From positions 192,001-256,000 of the forward strand of contig OZ219866.1 of the NCBI GenBank assembly GCA_964291675.2: a DNA stretch of 64,000 nucleotides, written 5' to 3'. Below, one piece after another: positions 18,754-27,856 of this stretch. This stretch comes from Alphaproteobacteria bacterium. Lineage in GTDB: Bacteria; Pseudomonadota; Alphaproteobacteria; MPNO01. Under the pieces are notes generated by a model. The model made no database searches and was not told the DNA's origin. It worked only from the letters and a program-made list of their open reading frames with translations. Numbering within the stretch: the stretch's first letter is position 1; every line of letters begins with the position of its first letter. The position numbers and the translations under genes were made by a program.

Positions 18754-19170
18754 TCAGCGGATGCCGTTGGCGCGCTGGAGCTCGCGGACATAGGCCACGA
18801 TCGCCGCCACGTCGCGCCGGGTCAGCCCCTCGACCGGCGGCATGTCGCCGAACCGCCAGTGGTGGGCCCGCACGCCACTTGCGACCGCGCGCTGGAACGA
18901 CTCGTCGCCGTGGTGGCCGGGCTCGTAGACGACGTGGACCAGCGGCGGCGCGACCCCTTGCTGTCCCGCCGCATCGCCGCCGTGGCAGGACGCGCAGTTG
19001 GCCTCATAGGTCTTCCGCCCGGCCTGCGCCCGCGCCGAGAGGGTGTCGGGCACGCGGACCGACACCATCGGCGGGCCGCCTTCGCCGTCGCCGTCGCCGA
19101 AATAGAAATATCCGGCGGCGGCGAGGGCCGCGGCCAGGACCGGCAGCGCCGCGCCGCGCTTCAGTGACAT
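18754..19170 (-). CDS. Membrane-anchored monohaem cytochrome c
   Basis: N-terminal hydrophobic anchor; CASCH haem motif; APPLVHVVYEPGHHGD...HHWRFGDMP. Confidence 0.88.
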   Translation of the reverse strand: MSLKRGAALPVLAAALAAAGYFYFGDGDGEGGPPMVSVRVPDTLSARAQAGRKTYEANCASCHGGDAAGQQGVAPPLVHVVYEPGHHGDESFQRAVASGVRAHHWRFGDMPPVEGLTRRDVAAIVAYVRELQRANGIR

Positions 19171-19233
19171 GGCTTGCTCCCACACTCGGCCTGCCCTGCC
19201 TCGCCGGTCGCGGCGGCGGCAAGGCGGTTGCAG

Positions 19234-20016
19234 TCAGCGGCGTCTCTCCGGGAGGCGGGGCAGCAGGCTGCGAACATGGCCGAGCAGCAGCCGGTACACG
19301 CTGCGTTCGCGGAGGCTCATGCCCCGGATCTTCTCGGAATAGTACCGTTCCGCCTGCTTGAGGGCGGTCCGGGAGGTCAGCGTCGCGCGGTCCCGGAACG
19401 CTTCGTCGCCCCATCTGGCATCGAGCAGTCTCGTCGTGACGCCCATCCTCAGCCGCTGCGTGTATTCCCCTTCGTTGCCGAGCTCGCCGAGCCCGAGGCT
19501 CGATACCGAGGTGACGCAGATGTCGAGCGCGCCGACCCCGTCATGCGAATCCAGCGCCCGCGCCGCCGCGCCGGAGACGCGCCGGTCGCAGGCGCGAAGC
19601 TCGCCCGGTACAGCGCGCCGGATCTCCCTCTCGAGCTCCCCGAAAGACACGACTTCATACCCCGCGTCGTGCAGGACGCGGCTCATCCCGCTATGCAGGA
19701 CCGCGGCGAATTCCGGATCGATGCCGCCCCCGCCCAGGCGAAGGAACAGCCGGCCCTTGGGTTCGAGATCCTCCCCGCCGAGGATCCGCTTCAGGTCCCG
19801 CTCGGTTTTCGCGAGACCGTCGAACACCTCCGTGACCGCCTCATGCACGCTCTTCTCGGCGTGTTTGGGGTGGGGAACGACGTAGTCGGTCACCGCCTGG
19901 CAGCCGGCGCCGAGGCAGACGACCGCCGACAGGCACAGCGCCGCGAGCCAGGGGTTCCGTCTCGCGGACGCCCCGACCGGCGGGAGGCTCTGCGATCGCG
20001 TTTCGGCTCGTTTCAG
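19234..20016 (-). CDS. Hypothetical lipoprotein (possible CTG start)
   Basis: The ORF extends in frame upstream of 19893 through LAALCLSAVVCLGAG-C (lipobox-like) to a CTG at 20016 that follows AGGGAGG. Confidence 0.5.
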   Translation of the reverse strand: MKRAETRSQSLPPVGASARRNPWLAALCLSAVVCLGAGCQAVTDYVVPHPKHAEKSVHEAVTEVFDGLAKTERDLKRILGGEDLEPKGRLFLRLGGGGIDPEFAAVLHSGMSRVLHDAGYEVVSFGELEREIRRAVPGELRACDRRVSGAAARALDSHDGVGALDICVTSVSSLGLGELGNEGEYTQRLRMGVTTRLLDARWGDEAFRDRATLTSRTALKQAERYYSEKIRGMSLRERSVYRLLLGHVRSLLPRLPERRR

Positions 20017-20401
20017 CTTCGCCCTCCCTGAGTTCCGATCGCCGGCGGCTCGCGGATGTCCGGGCGGTCGCTTACCGCGAGAACCTGCGGGGAGTTTTCC
20101 ATGCGCTACAGCTTACGCCGCTCCCGGCCCGAAGGCGGAACCGAAATGTAACAGGATGTGCCACGCCGCGTGGGCGATGCGCTTGCGAGCCCGGCCAGCC
20201 GGGCGGCGGCGCTCCTCTCCCGATCGCACAATTGCGTGACACCGCACGCGGCGATTGCAATCTCCCGTCCCCGCGACCACCTCCCTGTGCATGGAACGCT
20301 GCCTCGGCAAACCCGCGGGATCGCATCGTCGCCGGCCCTCGCGCGCGGCGCGGCGGTGTCGGTGCCGCTCCCCGGAGAGGCGCGCGACCGGGAGGTTTTC
20401 G

Positions 20402-22153
20402 ATGGCGAACCGGCTTGTGCTGCTGTGTCTGCTGTTCCTGTCGGGCGCCTCCGCCGCGGCCGCGGAGGGCGGCGCGTGTCGCGCGTCTCCCGACTATGAC
20501 TGCCTGATCGGCTTCGCCCGCGCGACCGCCGCAACGATCCAGAAACCCCGGTCCAGGGCCGGGGCGCTCAGGGACGTTGCGGCGGTGCAGCTCCGTGTGG
20601 GCGATGCGACGGGCGCAAGCGCGACCCTCCGTGCGGCGCGCGCGGCCCTCGCGACGATGGAAAACGCTTTCCTCAGGGACCAGGATCTTGCGCGTATCGC
20701 GCCGGCCCAGGCCAAGGCGGGCGATCCCGCGGGCGCGCGCGAGACCGCCGGGACGATCGAGGACGCGGTCTACAGGCGGAGCGCCCGGCGTTTCGTGGCG
20801 AAGGCGCAGGCCGAGGCCGGCGATCCCGAGGGGGCGCGCGCGACCGCCGAGGCGATCGCAGACCCGCGGGCCAGGTCCTGGGCTCTCGCCCTCATAGCGG
20901 CGGCGCAGGCCGCGGCCGGCGATCCCGCGGGGGCAGGCGCGACGGCCGCGAAGATCGGGAGCGCCCGGGGCCGGGACTCGGCGCTCGCCGGGGCGGCGGC
21001 GGCACAGGCCGAGGCGGGCGACCCCGGGGGCGCAAGCGCAAGCGCCGGGAAGATCGGGAACGCCGGGGCCAGGGCCCGGGCTCTCGCGCGGATAGCGGCG
21101 GCGCAGGCCGAGGCGGGCGATGCGAAGGGTGCGCGGGCAAGCCTTGCAGCGGCGCGCGCGGCCGCCGGAGAGATCGAGAATGCCTCGGCCAGGGTCCGGG
21201 CGTTCCAGGAGATGGCGGCGGCGCAGGCCGGGGCGGGCGACCCGGAGGGCGCGCGCCGGTCCCTCGAAACGGCGGGCGCGGCCGCCGGGAAGATCCGACG
21301 CGGCGATGTCAGGACCTGGCTTCGCGTGCGCATAGCGCAGGCGCAGGCCGCGGCGGGCGATCCGGACGGCGCGCTCGCCACCGCTCGAAGAATCGAACAC
21401 GCCGGGTACAGGTTCAACACCCTTGCCATGATGGCGGGGGCGAAGGCGGCGGCGGGGGATCCCGAGGGTGCGCTGGCGGTTGTCGAGGAGTTCGCAGGCG
21501 CCGCCGCCCGGGCCGGGGCCCTCGGGCTGATGGCGAAGGCGCAGGCCGAGGCGGGCGACATCGAGGGCGCGCACCGAACCGCCGGGAAGATCGAAGACGC
21601 CCGTGCCAGGGCCCACGCCCTGGACGAGATAGCCCAGGCCCTGGCCAGGGCGGGCGATGCCGGCGGCGCGCTCGCGACCGCGCGCAAGACCGACCCCGCG
21701 CATGCCCGACCCCGGGCTCTCTCGCGCATCGCGGGGGCGCAGGCCAGGGCGGGCGATACCGGCGGCGCGCTCGCGACCGCGGCGCGGATCGCACGGCCCG
21801 CCTCCAGGGCCATGGCGGTTGCGGGAATAGCCGCGGCGCGGGCCGCGGCGGGGGATTGGCGGGGGGCGCGCGAGACCGCCGGGAAGATCGGCGGCGCCCA
21901 CGCCAACGGCGACGCTCTCGCGCAGGCCGCGAAGGCGCAGGCCGCGGCGGGCGATGCGCAGGGCGCGCTCGCGACCGCCGCGCGGATCCGGCCCGCCTAC
22001 ACCAGGGCCTCGGCCCGGCGGGCGATTGCCGAGGCACAGGCCGCGGCGGGCGATGCGAAGGCAGCGCTCGCGACCGCGGAGACGATCGAACGCGCCGATG
22101 TCAAGGCAAAGGCCCTCGCGCGCATGGCGGAGACCTTGGCCCGGCGCGGATGA
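20402..22153 (+). CDS. Secreted Ala-rich TPR-like repeat protein (paralogue 2)
   Basis: GGAGG RBS; MANRLVLLCLLFLSGASAAA signal; CRASPDYDCLI cap; about 15 repeat units. Confidence 0.78.
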   Translation: MANRLVLLCLLFLSGASAAAAEGGACRASPDYDCLIGFARATAATIQKPRSRAGALRDVAAVQLRVGDATGASATLRAARAALATMENAFLRDQDLARIAPAQAKAGDPAGARETAGTIEDAVYRRSARRFVAKAQAEAGDPEGARATAEAIADPRARSWALALIAAAQAAAGDPAGAGATAAKIGSARGRDSALAGAAAAQAEAGDPGGASASAGKIGNAGARARALARIAAAQAEAGDAKGARASLAAARAAAGEIENASARVRAFQEMAAAQAGAGDPEGARRSLETAGAAAGKIRRGDVRTWLRVRIAQAQAAAGDPDGALATARRIEHAGYRFNTLAMMAGAKAAAGDPEGALAVVEEFAGAAARAGALGLMAKAQAEAGDIEGAHRTAGKIEDARARAHALDEIAQALARAGDAGGALATARKTDPAHARPRALSRIAGAQARAGDTGGALATAARIARPASRAMAVAGIAAARAAAGDWRGARETAGKIGGAHANGDALAQAAKAQAAAGDAQGALATAARIRPAYTRASARRAIAEAQAAAGDAKAALATAETIERADVKAKALARMAETLARRG

Positions 22154-22312
22154 GCCCGTCGGCGCCCGCCCCGCCGCGGAAAGCCGGCTTCCCCGAGGCG
22201 CCGCCCGCGCCCCCGCCACGCCGTCGGGCCCGGCGCCGCGCTTCGGTGTGGAACAGCGCGTGCGCGGGGTATATCGTGTCTGTCCTGCAACTCACGCGCG
22301 AGGTCGTGCGCG

Positions 22313-23620
22313 ATGGCCGCGAGGCGGACGGCGGGGCGGACGGTGCCGGGGGCGGCCGGGCTGCTTGCGCTCTGCCTCGCCTGCCTGCTTGGCGCCTCCG
22401 CCGCGGCGCGGGACGGCGGGTGCCGCGCCGCGCCCGATTATGCATGCGCCATCGCACGCGCGCTGGCGGCCGCCGGGGAGATCGAAGACGCATTCCTGAA
22501 AGCCCTGGCTCTCGGCTACGCATTCAACATGCAAATCAAGGCCGGCGACGAGATGGGCGCGCGCGCCACCGTCGAACGGATGCGCGCCGCCGGAGAAGAG
22601 GAGCTGTATGCCGTACACATCGTTTCCGCGCTGATCGTCATGGCGACGATGCGGGCCGAGGCGGGCGACGTGAGCGGGGCGCTCGCGACGGTCGCGGAAA
22701 TCGGAGACGTGCTCGGCGAACCGCCGCCCTTGGTTCTGAGAGCGACGGTCCTGGCCAGGGCGGGAGATGCGGCGGGCGCGCTCGCCACCGTCGAAGAAAT
22801 CGAAGACGCTTCCGGCAAGGCGCAGGCGCTCGCGGTCGTGGCGACGGCGCAGGCCGAGGCGAACGATCCGAAGGGCGCGCTCGCGACCGCCGGCATGGCG
22901 CGCGCGCGCGCCGGCGGAATCGTAGGCGCCTCGGCCAGGGCCGGCACTCTCCTGAGCATCGCGGAGGTGCAGGCGAAGGCGGGCGACGCGAGGACCGCGC
23001 TCGCCACCGTCGAAGCGGCGCTCGCCGCCGCCGGGGACAGCCGAGACACCGTCCACGAGGACCGCGTTCTGGAGGAAGTAGCCAAGGCGCAGGCCAAGGC
23101 GGGCGACGCGAAGGGCGCCCGCGCCACCGCGGAAAGGATCGAACGCGCCGGCGGCAGGGTCCGCGCGCTGGCAAACGTCGCGGCGCTGCAAGCCCCGGGC
23201 TGCGATCCGGGGCGCGCCGGGGCAGGCGGCCCGAAATGCGCGCGCACGACCTTCGAAGCGGCGCTCGCGATCGCCCGGAACATCGAAGACGCGGACTCCA
23301 GGATCGCCGCGCTCGCGTTCATAGGGATCGCGCAGGCCAAGGCGGGCGATCCGAACGGCGCCCGCGCGACGGTTGCCGCGATGCGCGCGACCGTCGACGC
23401 CATCGAAGACGCCGACAGCGTGCCCGGCGCTCTCGCACTCCTGGCGGGTGTGCAGGTCGGGACCGGCGATCGCGAGGCGGGGCGCGCGACCATGACAGCG
23501 GCGTTCGCGGCCGCCGCGAGGATCGAAGCTCCCATGGGCAGGGCGTTCGCATTCGCCGGCATCGCCGCGCTGCTCGGCAAGCGGGAGCCGGCCGGACAGC
23601 CCCCGCCGGCGCCGCGCTGA
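22313..23620 (+). CDS. Secreted Ala-rich TPR-like repeat protein (paralogue 3)
   Basis: Signal peptide, CRAAPDYACAI cap, and the same repeat consensus with more divergent units. Confidence 0.75.
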   Translation: MAARRTAGRTVPGAAGLLALCLACLLGASAAARDGGCRAAPDYACAIARALAAAGEIEDAFLKALALGYAFNMQIKAGDEMGARATVERMRAAGEEELYAVHIVSALIVMATMRAEAGDVSGALATVAEIGDVLGEPPPLVLRATVLARAGDAAGALATVEEIEDASGKAQALAVVATAQAEANDPKGALATAGMARARAGGIVGASARAGTLLSIAEVQAKAGDARTALATVEAALAAAGDSRDTVHEDRVLEEVAKAQAKAGDAKGARATAERIERAGGRVRALANVAALQAPGCDPGRAGAGGPKCARTTFEAALAIARNIEDADSRIAALAFIGIAQAKAGDPNGARATVAAMRATVDAIEDADSVPGALALLAGVQVGTGDREAGRATMTAAFAAAARIEAPMGRAFAFAGIAALLGKREPAGQPPPAPR

Positions 23621-23659
23621 ACGGCGGGCGCCGGGCGGAGCGGGGCTGGCGGGCAACGC

Positions 23660-23918
23660 GGCGGGCGCGGGCCCTGGCCGCCATCGCCGCGGCTGTCGCC
23701 AGGCGGTGCAGGCGGGGGCGGGCGACAGCGCGGGCGCGTTCGCGACCGCCGGGAAGATCGGGGGCGGCAAGCAACAGGCGCTCCGGGACATCGCGGCGGC
23801 ACAAGCGGCGGCGGGCGATGCGCAGGGCGCGCTTGAGACCGCCAGGCTGATCCTACGCGCCGCGACCAGGCTGTGGGCGCTGACCGCCATCGCCGCCGCC
23901 CTCGCCGGGCGGCGCTGA
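23660..23918 (+). pseudogene. Fragment(s) of a TPR-like repeat gene (C-terminal part)
   Basis: QAGAGDSAGAFATAGKI...ALRDIAAAQAAAGDA...RAATRLWALTAIAAALAGRR; no signal peptide; the last 20 aa are identical to paralogue 1. Confidence 0.7.
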
Positions 23919-24011
23919 CGCGGGCCGAAGGGGCGGGAGGCAAGCGGGTTTGGCGTGGCGCGAGTCCCATCCAATCTATATCATATCCGTTATAAGGCGG
24001 AGAAATACCCC

Positions 24012-24239
24012 GTGCTGTCCTTCAAGATCACCACGGTCGGCTCGTCCTCCGGCGTCATCCTCACCAAGGAGGCGATGGCGCGGCTCAGGGTGAAGAAAGG
24101 CGATACGCTCTATCTCACCGAGGCGCCGGACGGCGGCTACCGGCTGACCCCCTACGATCCCGAGTTCGCGCGCCAGATGGCGCTGGCCGAAGAGATCATG
24201 CACGACGATCGCGAGGTGCTGCGGGCGCTGGCGAAGTGA
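24012..24239 (+). CDS. AbrB/MazE family antitoxin
   Basis: GTG start after GGAG; FKITTVGSSSGVILTKE...GDTLYLTE...YRLTPYDPEFARQM...LRALAK. Confidence 0.88.
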   Translation: MLSFKITTVGSSSGVILTKEAMARLRVKKGDTLYLTEAPDGGYRLTPYDPEFARQMALAEEIMHDDREVLRALAK

Positions 24240-24636
24240 GCGCGGCCGTCTGGCGCCGGGTCGATGCCGGCGTGGTTCTGGCGGTCCATGACCGGCAGCT
24301 CGCCGAGCACGGCGGCGCTGACGGCATACGCGACCGGGGCGCGACCGGGGCGCGGTCGATGCGGCGCTCGCGCGTCCGCGCAACCTCGCGGCCTATGGCA
24401 ACCCCGACGCCGCCGACCTCGCGGCGGCCTATATCCGCGGCCTCGCCGCCGGCCATCCCTTCGTCGACGGCAACAAGCGCACCGCCTGGGTGGCAGGACG
24501 CCTCTTTCTCGCCGACAACGGCTATCGGCTCGCCTTCGACCCCCGCGACGCCGTCGCGCTGATGGAGGGCGTCGCGGCCGGGCGTGTCGACGAGACCGCG
24601 CTGGCGGGCTGGCTCCGCGCGCGGCTGGGGGGTTGA
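24236..24636 (+). pseudogene. doc: Death-on-curing (Doc/Fic) toxin, frameshifted
   Basis: VHDRQLAEHGG..GIRD start and HPFVDGNKRT Fic motif are in different frames because of a tandem duplication of CGCGACCGGGG at 24329-24350. Confidence 0.85.
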
Positions 24637-24679
24637 GGGGAAGGCCGCGCCCTCCCCGCGTCGCGCGTCGGCAGAGCGG

Positions 24680-24850
24680 CTATCTGGACGCGCCGAAGGC
24701 GGCCGTCAGGTCGGACCGCTCCAGCGTCCCTGCGGCGCCCTCGTGCGAGCGGCCGGTAAACATGCCCGACAGCGTGCCGGCGTCGCCGCCGGTCTGCCGG
24801 AACCGGTTGCCGCTGACGGCGATCCGGTAGGCGAGGTCGCCGTCGCCCCA
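24680..24850 (-). pseudogene. C-terminal fragment of a TbpB-like beta-barrel protein
   Basis: WGDGDLAYRIAVSGNRFRQTGGDAGTLSGMFTGRSHEGAAGTLERSDLTAAFGASR-stop; ends like the GAFGA-terminated lipoproteins at 38.3 and 41.3 kb; no start. Confidence 0.55.
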
Positions 24851-24866
24851 TCGAGTGCCGGTCCCC

Positions 24867-24998
24867 GCCGCGCCGGGCGATGGGAAGGGCGCGCTCAGGA
24901 GCGTCGAGGCGGCGTCCGCGGCCGCCGGGAAGACCGGTCACGCCGCCATGGCCGTGGCTCTCGCGCGCATCGCCGCGGCGCTCGCCAAGCGGCGATGA
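24867..24998 (+). pseudogene. C-terminal fragment of another TPR-like repeat gene
   Basis: PGDGKGALRSVEAASAAAGKTG...ALARIAAALAKRR-stop matches the family consensus and terminus. Confidence 0.55.
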
Positions 24999-25120
24999 CG
25001 CGGACATCCCGCCGCCTCGGCGTGGGGATTGGGGACGCAGGGTCGCGTCGGCGAGCCGGAGCCGGGGCGCGGCCCTTGGCCAACAGTCTCTTCGTGCTGT
25101 GCCTCGCCTGCCCGCTGGCC

Positions 25121-25421
25121 ACGCCAACGACACTTCTTCCGTCATGCCCGGACTTGATCCGGGCACCCATGGCCGGACTTGATCCGGCCACCCACCGGCG
25201 CCGCCACCCCTCCCCACGGCCCGCCGTGCGCGCCATAGGCCGCATGGGTGCCCGGATCAAGTCCGGGCATGACGAGGGGGGTGCATGACGGGGGTGCATG
25301 AGGAGGTGGGGAAGCATGGCGAGCGTTCCGACGTTCGGGCGCGACGCCGGGGACCGCCGGCGGCCGCGCCGCCCCCCGTGACGCCCGGCCCCCGCTCCGT
25401 CAAGTAATCTGGACAAGCCCC
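25121..25421 (-). repeat. Composite ~280-bp element built on palindromic repeat family B (GTCATGCCCGGACTTGATCCGGGCA)
   Basis: Its reverse complement aligns by eye with the tandem units at 40601-41190 and 42490-43267. Confidence 0.8.
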
Positions 25422-25426
25422 TTTCG

Positions 25427-26227
25427 ATGGCGGCGAGACTGTTCCTACTGTGCCTTGCCTGGCTGCTCGCCTTCCCCTCCACGGCGCTCGACGACGGCCG
25501 GCGCGAGTGTCGCGCCGCGCCCGATTATTCCTGCCTGATCGACTGCGCGCTGGCGACCGCCGAAAGCGACGACAACCCCCACACGAGGGTCTCGCTCCTC
25601 TTGGCCATAGGCGAGGCACAGGCCAAGGCGGGCGATCCGATGGGCGCGCTGGCGACCGCCGACAGGATCGAAGACCCTTACGCAAGGATCCGGGCGCTCG
25701 CGGTTGGCGCGGCGGCGCAGGCCAGGGCGGGCGATCCCGAGGGTGCGCTGGAGACCGCCGGGAAGATCGAAGACCCTTATCAAGAAGCCCGGGCGCTGCG
25801 GGATATCGCGGCGGAGCAGGCCAGGGCGGGCGACATGAAGGGCGGGCTGGCGACCGCCGGGGAGATCGAACGCGCTTCATTCAAGGCCGAGGCCCTGCGG
25901 GATATCGCGGAGACGCAGGCGAGAACGGGCGACGCGAAGGGGGCGCTCGCGACCTTGGTTGCGGCGCTCGCGGCCGCCGGGAAGATCGAGGACGCCGAGG
26001 GCAGGGCACGGGCTCTCATGCGCTTCGCCGCGGTTCTCGCAGGGTGGAAACGATCGGGGAGGGGCCGCGCCCGGAACCGTTCTCTCAGGCCCTCCCGCCA
26101 ACCGTGTGATGTGGCGCGCTTTCACGCCCCTGGCAAACGGCCGCCGCAGGCCCGCCCCGTCCCCCGGGGACGCAAAATTGCCGTATCAGGCCGATATTTG
26201 CCGCCAAAAATAGGTCAGCAACGCTGA
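25427..26227 (+). CDS. Secreted Ala-rich TPR-like repeat protein (paralogue 4, short)
   Basis: MAARLFLLCLAWLLAFPSTA signal; CRAAPDYSCLI cap; 4-5 repeats. The last ~55 aa look like read-through of non-coding DNA. Confidence 0.7.
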   Translation: MAARLFLLCLAWLLAFPSTALDDGRRECRAAPDYSCLIDCALATAESDDNPHTRVSLLLAIGEAQAKAGDPMGALATADRIEDPYARIRALAVGAAAQARAGDPEGALETAGKIEDPYQEARALRDIAAEQARAGDMKGGLATAGEIERASFKAEALRDIAETQARTGDAKGALATLVAALAAAGKIEDAEGRARALMRFAAVLAGWKRSGRGRARNRSLRPSRQPCDVARFHAPGKRPPQARPVPRGRKIAVSGRYLPPKIGQQR

Positions 26228-26231
26228 CCAT

Positions 26232-26247
26232 TGTTTCACGTGAAACA
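26232..26247. promoter_or_regulatory. parS: parS centromere-like site
   Basis: Perfect palindrome TGTTTCACGTGAAACA. Confidence 0.9.
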
Positions 26248-26254
26248 TTAGGCC

Positions 26255-27217
26255 TCAGTCGTTGTCGCGCTTGGCCCGGGTCGCCTCGAACTCGCTCAAG
26301 GGCGGCGAGATGTAGTTCCTGAGTTCGGCGATGTCGGCCGGCGGGCCGTCGCCCACCGGGCGGTCGCCCTTGATGGTCACCCGGTGCATCAGCCGGCGCT
26401 CGGGATAGTAGTCGTGCAGCGCCGAGTGCTGGACCGAGCGGTTGTCCCAGAACACCACCATGCCGGGCTGCCAGCGGTGCCGGTAGTGGTACTCGTGGCG
26501 CATCGTCCGGCGGTAGAGGAATTCGAGGATGGCGCGGCCCTCGTCCTCGTCCATGCCCTTGATGTGGGTGGTGAACGAGCGGTTGACGAACACCGCCTTG
26601 CGCCCGGTGACGGGGTGGACGCGGACCAGCGGGTGGGCCCGCGGCCGGTAGACCTCCTCGTAGTGGCGCAGCCGGTCGCGGCCGTGCTTCGAATCGGGGA
26701 ACAGCTTCTTGAAGGTGATGAAGTCGTGCACCGCCTCGAGCCCGTCGAGCAGGCGCTGCATGCGCCCCGACAGCCCCTCCCACAGCGCGTGCATCGAGCA
26801 GAACGCGGTGTCGCCGGCCGGCGCCGGCACGATCTTGGCGCTCAGCATGGTGCCCATCGGCGGGCACTCGCGGAAGGTCTCGTCGGAGTGCCAGATATCG
26901 GTCGAGGGCGGCGGGTTGCCCTCCTTGTTGTCGAACACGATGAGCTCGGGCGTCTCGGCGGAGTTGGTCGAGAACGGGTGCACGGTGAGCTCGCCCATCC
27001 GGCGGCCGAAGGCGACGAGCTGCTCGGCGCTCAGATGCTGGTCGGGGAAGGCGAGCACGCCGTGCCGGGCATGGGCGGCCAGCACCGCGTCCGCCTGGGC
27101 CTGGCTCAGCTCCCGCTTGAGGTCGATGCCGGTCACCTCGGCGCCGCAGAACACGCCGAGCCTCTGGATCCGGATTCCGGTGTCGTCCTGGACGGCATGG
27201 ATGGCGCTGGTGGCCAT
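26255..27217 (-). CDS. TauD/TfdA family alpha-ketoglutarate-dependent dioxygenase
   Basis: GAEVTGIDL, WHSDETF, HPLVRVHPVTGRKAVFVN and FWDNRSVQHSA...RLMHRVTI. Confidence 0.92.
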   Translation of the reverse strand: MATSAIHAVQDDTGIRIQRLGVFCGAEVTGIDLKRELSQAQADAVLAAHARHGVLAFPDQHLSAEQLVAFGRRMGELTVHPFSTNSAETPELIVFDNKEGNPPPSTDIWHSDETFRECPPMGTMLSAKIVPAPAGDTAFCSMHALWEGLSGRMQRLLDGLEAVHDFITFKKLFPDSKHGRDRLRHYEEVYRPRAHPLVRVHPVTGRKAVFVNRSFTTHIKGMDEDEGRAILEFLYRRTMRHEYHYRHRWQPGMVVFWDNRSVQHSALHDYYPERRLMHRVTIKGDRPVGDGPPADIAELRNYISPPLSEFEATRAKRDND

Positions 27218-27265
27218 GGCGGACCTCCCCCTTCTGACCCGGCGCGAGCCTAGCACGGCCGCGCC

Positions 27266-27856
27266 CTACAGTTCGACCCCGCGATTGGCCCAGGCGCGGC
27301 GCCACTTGCCGGCGAGGTCGGGGTCGAACAGGAGGCGGGCATCGCCCGGCGCGATCGCCCAGTCGTCGCGCGCGAGCTCGGATTCGAGCTGGCCCGGCGC
27401 CCAGCCGGAATAGCCGAGGATGAACAGCGCGCGCCCCTCGCGCCTTCCCATCTCGCGCAGGATGTCGGGATCGGCCGACAGGTACACGTCCTTCGCCACC
27501 TCGACCGAGCCCGCCCCCGGGTAGTCGCCGGAGTGCAGGATGTAGCCCTCCTCCGCCCCCACCGGCCCGCCGTAATGCACCGGGATCCGGCGGCCCTCGC
27601 GCCCGGACGGCGCCGAGCCCGGGTCGAGGATGTTCTCGGCCCAGTCCTCGGCCAGCACCCGGTTGATGACGAACCCCATCGCGCCGTCCGGGCCGTGGCG
27701 GATCAGGTAGATCACCGTGCCGGCGAAGCGCGGGTCGGGCATCGAGGGCGCGGCGACGAGGAACCAGCCCTTCAGGCTGCCGGGCGCCGCGGCCGCCGCG
27801 CCGGGGACCGCGAGCAGCACCAGCGCCACGGCGAGGGCTGCGGCGCGGGCGATCAC
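27266..27856 (-). CDS. YqgE/AlgH family protein (with N-terminal signal-like extension)
   Basis: LVAAPSMPDPRFAGTVIYL..H...GAMGFVINR, YGGPV and GYSGWAPGQLESEL. Confidence 0.9.
   Translation of the reverse strand: MIARAAALAVALVLLAVPGAAAAAPGSLKGWFLVAAPSMPDPRFAGTVIYLIRHGPDGAMGFVINRVLAEDWAENILDPGSAPSGREGRRIPVHYGGPVGAEEGYILHSGDYPGAGSVEVAKDVYLSADPDILREMGRREGRALFILGYSGWAPGQLESELARDDWAIAPGDARLLFDPDLAGKWRRAWANRGVEL

Noticed and set aside
17186-26227. Diversity-generating retroelement acting on the repeat proteins
   Set aside because: No reverse transcriptase is in the window, and the differences between the 108-bp repeats are not confined to adenines.
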